Assembly: GCA_949283985.1 (NCBI GenBank)
Contig: CASDUM010000027.1
Coordinates: 1-28,517 of the forward strand
DNA: 28,517 nucleotides
Source: an uncultured Mycoplasmataceae bacterium
GTDB taxonomy: Bacteria; Bacillota_I; Bacilli_A; Mycoplasmatales; Mycoplasmoidaceae
Direction: 5' to 3'
The translations under genes were made by a program, and so were the position numbers. This document shows positions 20,339-28,517 of the stretch, piece after piece. Position 1 is the first letter of the stretch. Each line of letters starts with the position of its first letter. Under the pieces are notes generated by a model. It was not told the DNA's origin and made no database searches. It worked only from the letters and a program-made list of their open reading frames with translations.

Positions 20339-21122
20339 ACAATATTTCTATGTTGTTGTCAAGTATCTTAGTTTCTATTTTTTCTTCATTATTATCAATA
20401 AAAAACTTCTTGTCTAATTTTAAATTAGATCATATTTTTAATTGATTATCTAAATTAGATATTAATTTGATTAAATCAATTAATTCATAATAAAAACATT
20501 CTATTATTTCATTATTAGATATAATTGCATATGCTCTTTTTGACATGATAATTTTGTCTCGTCCTGCAATATGCATTTTTAATAATCTTTTATTTTCTTT
20601 TTCTGTTCTGTATGAATAATTTTCTATTTTATTTATTTTTATAAAATCATTTCTGATTCTATTGATTAAGTTGTAATCTATAACATCTAGCAGTTCATCC
20701 TTTTTTTTGTGTAGGATTTGGTCATTTCTTAATGTATATGAATATTTATATGAACAAGGATTAAAATTAAATGTTTTATAAACATCTCAGTTATATGCTT
20801 GAATAAATATTTTGTACAAACTATTATTTTCTATTATTTCTTGTAAATATTTTTTCATAATGCCTTTATTACGATACGATTCTTTTACAGAAACTCCAAC
20901 TATAAATTTAGCTATTTCTTTTTCCTTATTAATTATTATTCTTTTATTTACAAGACACGTCATAAAAATTAATTCATCATCTTGATATGATCCATATAAT
21001 ACAAATTCTTTTTTATATTGATTAAAAAACATATTTGAAAACGATTCACTATCTTTAAAGTTTTCATCATATAGTTTTTTAGCATCACTAATTTCTTTTT
21101 CAGTTTCTAAAATTTTTAACAT
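20322..21122 (-). CDS. GNAT acetyltransferase, Eis-like N-terminal domain (266 aa)
   Basis: FIVGVSVKESYRNKGIMKK (acetyl-CoA motif A), IQAYNWDVYKTFNF; frame continues through TGA 20787-20789 to TAG at 20322-20324. Confidence 0.85.
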
Positions 21123-21148
21123 CTTTTATAGTCCTAAAATATTAATTA

Positions 21149-21439
21149 TTAGTATTCACCCGAATGATCTAGCCTATTTTTTGATTTATTGCATTTTATA
21201 TGAACAGCTCTAAGATTAGAAAATTTTTTATTTCCGCCTTCAGAGACAGGGATTATGTAATCAACATTTCAAGCATATTCACTTTTTCTAAGTTTTTCTA
21301 CGCTATAATGTGAACCATACATCATAACACCACCACATATAGGACATTTTTTATGATTTTTAGGATTACAATTAGGTTTATTACAATCACATTCTTGTGC
21401 ATCTTTTCAAAATTTCATTGTATTTTCTTTGTAAGTCAT
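21149..21439 (-). CDS. Small Zn-binding HNH-family protein (96 aa); catalytic His replaced by Tyr
   Basis: AGGAG RBS; MTYKENTMKFWKDAQECDCNKPNCNPKNHKKCPICGGVMMYGSHYSVEKLRKSEYAWNVDYIIPVSEGGNKKFSNLRAVHIKCNKSKNRLDHSGEY. Absent from the ORF track because of TGA codons. Confidence 0.85.
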
Positions 21440-21611
21440 TAAGAACTCCTAAGATTTAATTTAATATTATTATATATAACAATTTGTTGATTCAATTTGA
21501 TTTTATATTTAATTAGTTAACCCCAAATAAAGATAAGTTTTTATTATATAAATTGCACTAACAAATATTTATAGGAATTTTTTAAATATTTTTATATAAA
21601 ATTTAAATACT

Positions 21612-22295
21612 ATGAATATCAAAAAAAATATGTATTTTTATCACAACGGAAAGACAATTCCGTATGAATTAACATACAAAATAAACATAAAAAAAATAAT
21701 TTTAAAAATTGATAGTAAAAACAAGATGAAAATATCATGTCCTTTTTATGTTACAGAAAGGGACATTAATAATTTCATCTATTCGAATATAGATAGAATA
21801 ATGGAAATTAAGGAAAAGAAAGATGAATCAGAAAAATTTAATATTCAAAAAAATAATTTTACATATTTAGGTCAAAAGCTCAAAGTCGATGTTTTTAGAA
21901 CGAACGGAAACAATACATTCTCATATAAAAATGGTGTATTAATGATAAATCTAAATGATAAAAATAAAATGTTTAATGTTATTAAAAAATTTTACAACAA
22001 ACAAGCCAAAAAAGTAATAACTAAAAGAATAGAAGAACTATCTATAAAAACAGGATTAAAGTACAATAGTATTAGTGTAAAATGGATGGAATCAAAATGA
22101 GGACATTGTGATTCATTTAAAAACATTGTTATATCAAGTAAATTACTAATTCATGATTGAGAGAAAATAGATTATGTTTTAATTCATGAATTATCTCACA
22201 CTGTCCACTTTAACCATTCCGATGAATTTTGATCATTAGTATCAAAATATATACCTAAATATAAAGAGATTAGAAAAGAAATGAAAGGAATTTAA
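21612..22295 (+). CDS. YgjP/DUF45-like M48-family zinc metalloprotein (227 aa)
   Basis: [33 protein letters not shown] (HExxH plus downstream His residues). Confidence 0.9.
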
Positions 22296-22298
22296 AAA

Positions 22299-24428
22299 AT
22301 GGAAAAAATTGAATTATTAGAGAATCAATATATAGAAATAGCTAATGAATTATCTATTACTATCAAACAAGTAAAAATTATTATAGATCTCTTAAACAAA
22401 GACAATACTATTCCTTTTATAGCAAGATATAGAAAAGAGTTAACTGGTAATTTGAATGAAGAACAAATTTTTGTAATAAAAAAAAGATATGATTATGAAA
22501 TATCTTTAAATGAACATAAAGAGAAAATAATTCAAAATATCACCAACAAAGGTAAAATGACAGATGAATTAAAACAACAAATTATTAATTGCAAAAAAAT
22601 ATCAGAAGTCGATAATATTTATAAACCTTATGTCGAAAGAAAAAAAACAAGAGCAGCAGAAGCAATTAAATTAGGACTAGAACCTTTAGCAAAATATTTA
22701 TTAACCCTTCCAAAAGGGTCAATAGAAGATGAATTAAAAAAATATAATACAATAGGAATAGAAAAAGCAATTCAAGGTGCAAAAGATATAATTGCAGAAA
22801 TTGTCGCTGATGATATTGAAATTAGAGGAATCTTAAAAAAATCAATTTTTGATTATGGATTTATAAAAACAAAATTAAAAAAACAGGAAAACGATGAAAA
22901 TAAAGTTTACAAGATTTATTACAATTTCAGTACAAAAATAAAAAAAATATTTGAATACCAAGTAATGGCTATTTCAAGAGCTGAAAAAGAGAAAGTTATT
23001 AGTGTTAAATATGAATTTGATAAGTCATTTTCTATTAAACAAGCAACTTGAAAATATACAAAAAATTATGTTTCTGAAGCAACAAAATTGATTGTTGATT
23101 CAATAAATGATAGTTTTAATAGATTATTAATTCCATCTGTAGAAAATGAAATTTGATCAGAGTTATACCATAAGGCAGAAGAAAAATGCATAGATATTTT
23201 TTCTAAGAATGTCGAAAATATTTTACTTCAGCCTCCTATGAAAGAAAAAAATGTGTTAGCTGTTGACCCCGCTTTTAGAACAGGATGTAAATTAGCACTA
23301 GTTTCATCAAACAATGATTTAATATTAACCAGTACTATATATCAAAATGAACCATTCAATAAAATTGATGAAGCAGAAATAATACTAGAAAAAATATTAA
23401 AAGAAAATAATGTAGATATTATTGCAATTGGAAACGGTACAGCAAGTAGAGAAACAGAAATTTTTATAAATAACTTTTTGAAAAAGAACAACATCAAAAT
23501 ACCTCATGTTATTGTAAGTGAGGCTGGAGCATCAGTGTATTCAGCAAGTGAAAATGCTAGAAAAGAATTTCCTGATTTATCCGTAGAAAAAAGATCTGCT
23601 ATTTCTATTGCTAGAAGAGTTATTGATCCTCTTTCTGAGTTAATCAAAATAGATCCTAAATCAATAGGTACAGGTCAATACCAACATGATTTACCTAAAA
23701 AAGATTTAGATAAAAATTTAAATTTCGTTGTAGAGAAAATTGTTAATAGAATTGGTGTTGATATAAATACTTCATCTATTGATTTATTAAAAAGAGTTTC
23801 TGGACTAGATTCAAAATCTGCAAAAGCAATAATTGATTATAGAAGCGACATTGGAAAAATAAATAATAGAGAAGAGATTAAAATCATACCAAAAATAACA
23901 AAAAAAGTTTTTGAACAATCATCAGGATTTTTAAGAATAAAGAATGGTTCTAATTTACTAGATGAAACATCAATCCATCCTGAAAATTATGATATTGCTA
24001 AAAAGATAATCAAAAATTTTAATATTAATTTGTTAGACGATAATAGCAATTTATTAATTTCAAATGATGAAATTGAAATTTTTTCTAAAAAAAATAATTG
24101 TTCAATTGAACTTGTCAATGATATTGTAAAGTCTATAAAACAAAAGAGAAGAGATTATAGAGATGATTTTAGAACACCTTTATTAAGACATGATGTACTT
24201 GAATTTAAAGATTTAAAAATTGATATGGAAGTATCTGGAGTTGTAAGAAATGTCGTTGACTTTGGAGCGTTTGTGGATATAGGAATCAAAGATGATGCTT
24301 TATTACACATATCAAATTTTAAAGACAAGGAAGATATTTATTCAGTTGTTTCAATTGGACAAATATTAGATTTAAAAATTAAATCACTTGATGAAGATAG
24401 AAAAAAAGTAGAAGTTAAATTTGCATAA
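22299..24428 (+). CDS. tex: Tex (YhgF) transcription accessory protein with YqgF, HhH and S1 domains (709 aa)
   Basis: TIPFIARYRKELTG, VDPAFRTGCK, IGNGTASRET, SEAGASVYSAS, AISIARR, GQYQHD, GVVRNVVDFGAFVDIG. Confidence 0.95.
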
Positions 24429-24512
24429 ACTAAAAAATATAAATATCTATAATGTTAATGAATATGTTTCCAAGAAATGTAATTCCAACCAATAGATATT
24501 GTGTTTTTTTAA

Positions 24513-24521
24513 TGTTATAAT
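24513..24521 (+). promoter_or_regulatory. Extended -10 promoter element
   Basis: TGTTATAAT ending 18 nt before ATG 24540. Confidence 0.5.
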
Positions 24522-24539
24522 AAAGAAAAAGAAATAAAT

Positions 24540-24911
24540 ATGCTAAAAAAAATTATAAAAATATTATTCACATGTTTATTTATTGCATTAGCAATTTTCA
24601 TGGTTTTATTTTCATTGAATAAATTAGATATAATATCTTTAGATTTTTCATTTTTACATGGAATACCAGGATGAGAAAAAATTGCTAATTTAGAAAGTGA
24701 ACATATGATTCCTTTTAATAGTCTTGTATTTGGTATGTCAATATTACTTGCATACATTGCTTTAAATATAATATTATCAATGATACCAATATTAGGAAAA
24801 ATAACTAAGATAGTAGTAAAATTTGTTATCGGTTGATTATTGATTTTTGCTTCGGTAGTTCTAATTATTTTTGGAACAGTAGGAGTATTAGGATTAATAC
24901 CTGGCTTATAA
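24540..24911 (+). CDS. Hypothetical membrane protein with three TM segments (123 aa)
   Basis: MLKKIIKILFTCLFIALAIFMVLFSL...GVLGLIPGL; continuous under code 4; flanked by a promoter-like and a terminator-like element. Confidence 0.75.
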
Positions 24912-24991
24912 AATTTATTGATCAAGTATCGAATAAATATGTAGAAAGTCAATTGAAAATTAATTAATAATTAAATGTAGAAAATGATGTT

Positions 24992-25027
24992 TCCTTATTA
25001 GTGATGAACTTGCTAATAGGGATTTTT
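24992..25027 (+). terminator. Probable intrinsic terminator
   Basis: TCCTTATTAG / CTAATAGGGA stem (one G-U) followed by TTTTT. Confidence 0.6.
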
Positions 25028-25087
25028 ATTTCGAAGCAATATACATGAAAATTTTTTAATGAAATAATAGAACAACATGTTTATTTT

Positions 25088-25096
25088 TGGTATAAT
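25088..25096 (+). promoter_or_regulatory. Extended -10 promoter of rplK-rplA
   Basis: TGGTATAAT upstream of a structured leader. Confidence 0.6.
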
Positions 25097-25127
25097 AATA
25101 AAGCATATAAGAAATCTTATATGTAGC

Positions 25128-25159
25128 ATGTGGAAGAGTTGTAACTCGTAAAACCACGT
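25128..25159 (+). promoter_or_regulatory. L1-binding autoregulatory leader of rplK-rplA
   Basis: GTGG-AA-GAGTT-GT-AACTC-GTAAAA-CCAC resembles the Firmicutes rplK leader (GUGG...GAG stem...CCAC with an asymmetric internal loop) just before the RBS. Confidence 0.7.
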
Positions 25160-25188
25160 AGAGAACAAAAAAATGAAAGGAGTTGCTC

Positions 25189-25650
25189 GTGGCTATTAAA
25201 GATCCAAATTTAGTAAGAATAGCTAAAATTGAATTAATTGGTGGTCAAGCTAAACCAGGGCCTGCATTAGCATCAATTGGTATTAATATGGCTGACTTCA
25301 CAAGACAATTCAATGACCAAACAAAAGATAAAAATGGGGAAGTTATCCCTTGTGTGATTTACGCTTATAAAGATAAATCATTTAAATTTGAAACAAAAAC
25401 TACACCAACTTCAATTTTGCTTAAAAAAGCAGCAAAAATTGAATCAGGTGCGAAAAACCAATTAACAGAAACAGTTGCTACTATTTCAAAAGAACAAGCG
25501 TTAGAAATTGCAAGATATAAAATGCCTGACTTAAATGCAAATGATGAAGAAATGGCTTTAAGATTAGTAGTAGGAACAGCTAAACAAATGGGTATTAAAA
25601 TTGAAGGTTTAGATTTAACTCCAAAGAAAAATGAAGGAGGAAATAAATAA
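25189..25650 (+). CDS. rplK: 50S ribosomal protein L11 (153 aa, GTG start)
   Basis: AAGGAG, 6 nt, then GTG GCT; [60 protein letters not shown]. Confidence 0.96.
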   Translation: MAIKDPNLVRIAKIELIGGQAKPGPALASIGINMADFTRQFNDQTKDKNGEVIPCVIYAYKDKSFKFETKTTPTSILLKKAAKIESGAKNQLTETVATISKEQALEIARYKMPDLNANDEEMALRLVVGTAKQMGIKIEGLDLTPKKNEGGNK

Positions 25651-26321
25651 TGAGTTCAAAGAAAAATACTTTTGAATTTGACAAAAATAAATTATACACA
25701 GTTTCTGAAGCTGTTGATATTGCAATTAAGAGTTCAAAAACAAAATTTATTTCTTCAATAGATATAGCAATTAAATTAAACCTTGATACTACAAAAGCAG
25801 AACAACAATTAAGAGGTTCTGTTGCACTTCCAAATTATTTTGGAAAAGTGTCTAAAATTTTAGTTATCGACTCTGGACTAACTCAAAAAGATGCTTCAAA
25901 ATTAGGGGTTGATTTTGCAGGGGCTGAAGATAAAATTCAAGAAATCGAAAGAGGATGACTTGATTTTGACGTTATTATTACTACTCCAAAAATGATGCCT
26001 GCATTAGCAAAATTAGGTAAAATGTTAGGTCCAAAAGGTTTAATGCCTAACCCTAAGAACGGTAACGTAACAACTGATATTGAAAAAACTATAATTGAAT
26101 TTAAAAAAGGGTTAAATCAATATAGAACTGATAGTTATGGAAACATTCATATGTTAGTTGGTAAAACAAATTCAGATCCTAAAAAGGTTGCTGAAAATAT
26201 TGAGTTTATTATTAATTTTATAAAATCAAAAAGACCGTCAACTGTAAAAGGTACTTTTATTCAAAATATTTCAATTTCATCAACTATGGGTCCAGGAATA
26301 AAAGTAATTATTCCTCAATAA
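25650..26321 (+). CDS. rplA: 50S ribosomal protein L1 (223 aa)
   Basis: QQLRGSVALP, GWLDFDVIITTPKMM, LGPKGLMPNPKNG, SSTMGPGIK; TAATG overlap with rplK. Confidence 0.96.
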
Positions 26322-26329
26322 TATAATTT

Positions 26330-26368
26330 AAATCACATTTCATTGTTTCTAATGAAGTGTGATTTTTA
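26330..26368 (+). terminator. Intrinsic terminator after rplA
   Basis: 15-bp stem AAATCACATTTCATT / AATGAAGTGTGATTT (one G-U), followed by a short T-run. Confidence 0.75.
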
Positions 26369-26429
26369 AGTTATTATGAATATTATTAAATATAGAATTA
26401 TAATTAAATATGTAAATATATGAGGAATT

Positions 26430-27044
26430 ATGGAAACAAGAGTAAAAATATATAAAAAATATCGTGATCAAATACAAAAAGAAGCAGAAATAAACAATAA
26501 ATTAAAATATAAAAATAAAGATATTTTACTCTTAGAAAAAAAGATGTTAAAAGCTAATATACAAAATGATGACAACTTACTTATTTCTAACATAAATTCC
26601 ATAAAACCAAAAGCATTAAATGATATTAAAAAAATGAATGAATTTTGCGATTCAATTCCGATTAATAATATATCAGATGATTTTAAAAATATAGAAAGTA
26701 ACAAAGGAATAATTGAACATATAATAGATAAAAATGGTGAAATAAACAAATTTTTTCTTGAAAATAATGAGCAATTTAATGAAATAAAAGATGTAATTAA
26801 AACTATATCAAAAAAAGAACAAAGTATCGATATTTTAAATACAAATTTAAAAGACAATAATAACATAGAAAATAATTGACTTCATGATATGAGGTCATCT
26901 AATGATATTGAGTCATTACTTGATTTAAAAGAAAATTCAGGAAATTTTAATAAAAAATTAGGATGATTGAGATACGTTTTTTTTAGTTCTATATTTTTAT
27001 TTATATTATTGTTTATCTTAATAATTATTTTTTTATTTATATAG
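26430..27044 (+). CDS. Tail-anchored membrane protein upstream of cmk, MG331/MPN477-like (204 aa)
   Basis: N-terminal METRVKIYKKYRDQI motif, single C-terminal TM helix (YVFFSSIFLFILLFILIIIFLFI) and position before cmk-der. The family link is from recollection of mycoplasma gene order. Confidence 0.7.
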
Positions 27045-27053
27045 GAGAATAAA

Positions 27054-27698
27054 ATGAATTATATTATAGCTATAGATGGTGTTGCTGGTTCTGGAAAGAG
27101 TACAGTATCAAAATTATTATCAAAAAAATATAATTTGTTTTTTATTTCTTCAGGGAAATATTATAGAGCAATCACATACTTATATAACAAAAATAACTTT
27201 CATGAAATTAATGAAGATTTTATAAATTTAGTAAATGAAACAAATATTAAATTAGATAATGATTCTATTTACTTAAATGGAGAAGATATATCTAATCAAA
27301 TAACTGATGAAATGATATCCAACAACATTTCATTAATAGCAAATAATGAAATAATTAGAAATATTGTAAATCAAAAGATTAGAGAATTTTCAAAAGAAAA
27401 AGACATAATAATGGATGGAAGAGATATAGGTACAGTAGTTTTTCCTAATGCTAATTTAAAAATATATATAACTGCTTCTTCATGAGAAAGAACAAAAAGA
27501 AGAAAAAAAGAATTATTAGAATTAAATAAGAAAGTAAATATATTTTCAATATGAAACTCAATCGTTAAAAGGGATTATAAAGATAAACATAGAAAAATTG
27601 CCCCTCTTATCAAATCAAAAGATGCAATAAAAATATCAAGTACTAAGATGTCTATTGAAGAAGTAGTGAATGAAATATCTAAACACATAAAGAGATAG
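27054..27698 (+). CDS. cmk: Cytidylate kinase (214 aa)
   Basis: [58 protein letters not shown]. Confidence 0.95.
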
Positions 27699-27700
27699 TT

Positions 27701-28517
27701 ATGAATAAAATAGCAATAGTTGGTAAACCAAATGTTGGAAAATCAACATTTTTTAACAGAGTAATTAAAAAAAATAAATCAATCATTGATGATTCCCCAG
27801 GAGTTACTAGAGATAGAATTTACCATAAAGCGGAATGATTAAATAGAGAATTTATATTAATTGACACTGGTGGATTGACTGTTGATGAATTTGATTTTAA
27901 GTCAAATATTGAACATCAAGTAAACCTAGCAATTAAAGAATCAGACTATATTATATTTCTAGTATCAAAAAAAGATGGAATTGACAAAGATGATTTATAT
28001 GTTTCAAAATTATTAAAAAAATCAAAGTGCAAAAACGTAATCCTTGCTGTTAACAAATGTGATTCGAATAAAAATTTTGATGATAGTGAATTTTATAAAT
28101 TCGGATTTGGAAAACCATATTTTATTTCATCGACTCATGGTATAGGCATCGGTGATTTATTAGATAAAATAATTTCAATAGAAAAAAAAGAAAGCAATGA
28201 TGAAAACGATTATTTCGCATTTTGCATTATTGGTAAACCAAATGTAGGAAAATCTTCTTTAGTTAATTCAATTTTGAACGAAGATAGAATGATAGTGTCT
28301 AATATATCAGGGACAACAAGAGATGCTATTGATTCTACTTTTATAAGAAATAAAAAAAAGTACATGATAATTGATACTGCTGGAATAAGAAGAAAAGGAA
28401 AAATTAAAGAAAATGTTGAAAAGTACTCAATTTTGAGAGTAAATCAATCTATTTCAAGATCAAAACTTATAGTCTTAGTTATAGATGGTTCAACGGATAT
28501 TACTGAACAAGATGAAG
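27701..28517 (+). CDS. der: Ribosome biogenesis GTPase Der (EngA), 3'-truncated by the window
   Basis: Two G-domains: [12 protein letters not shown] / PGVTRDR / DTGG / NKCD and [12 protein letters not shown] / GTTRDAID / DTAGIRRK. Confidence 0.96.

Noticed and set aside
20322-21439. HNH + GNAT as a toxin-antitoxin pair (AtaT/TacT-like)
   Set aside because: The GNAT is 266 aa and Eis-like rather than a short tRNA-acetylating toxin, and the upstream gene is not an RHH antitoxin.
24432-24510. Long imperfect hairpin after tex as a riboswitch or sRNA
   Set aside because: AT/GU-rich 9-bp core with a ~40-nt loop and no recognisable aptamer; at most a weak terminator overlapping the next promoter.
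25183-25188. TTG 25183 as the rplK start (and TTG 5478 / 15902 for sufC and the exonuclease)
   Set aside because: These TTG codons overlap or abut the SD; downstream GTG 25189, ATG 5490 and ATG 15917 have proper SD spacing.
742-26866. Minus-strand track ORFs (e.g. 742-1098, 2011-2271, 5741-6043, 14355-14648, 24515-24952, 26468-26866)
   Set aside because: Antisense shadows of well-supported plus-strand genes, with no RBS or motifs. Only the GNAT and HNH genes are credible on the minus strand.
1-28517. Many apparently fragmented or pseudogenised ORFs in the supplied track
   Set aside because: Breaks fall on in-frame TGA at conserved Trp positions; under code 4 the genes are continuous.

Overview
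Very AT-rich, gene-dense chromosomal window from a mollicute using genetic code 4 (TGA=Trp). In-frame TGA falls on conserved Trp positions (TrmB DPWPK, Lgt GRWGNF, ferritin FIQWFV), so the supplied code-11 ORF track splits most genes and misses several. I re-read and re-joined them by hand. Gene content (coiled-coil cluster, hprK-lgt-trxB, MG331-like-cmk-der, L11 deletion) suggests a pneumoniae-group, Malacoplasma-like organism; this is inference. Order: two large coiled-coil proteins (probable tip-organelle/cytoskeletal), trmB, sufC-sufD-sufS-sufU-sufB plus an 80-aa ORF, ferritin-like gene, pflA, membrane protein, hprK-lgt-trxB, a 390-bp gap, licC-like gene behind a G8 tract, DEDDh exonuclease, rpmG-secE-nusG, DUF368, DUF2156, a convergent GNAT and small HNH gene, YgjP-like M48 protein, tex, membrane protein, rplK-rplA with an L1-type leader, MG331-like protein, cmk and partial der. 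No rRNA, tRNA, CRISPR array or intact mobile element was seen. Best leads: (i) a DUF368 lipid translocase overlapping a stand-alone DUF2156 aminoacyl-transferase in a wall-less cell, with a convergent GNAT; (ii) an iron locus joining SUF, a coupled small RNase-like ORF, an atypical ferritin and a radical-SAM PFL activase; (iii) a repeated W-x-x-N-N-Q module shared by both coiled-coil proteins; (iv) an HNH protein with His->Tyr at the catalytic position; (v) a G8 tract at the licC start. All family calls come from motif recognition by eye; no searches were run.
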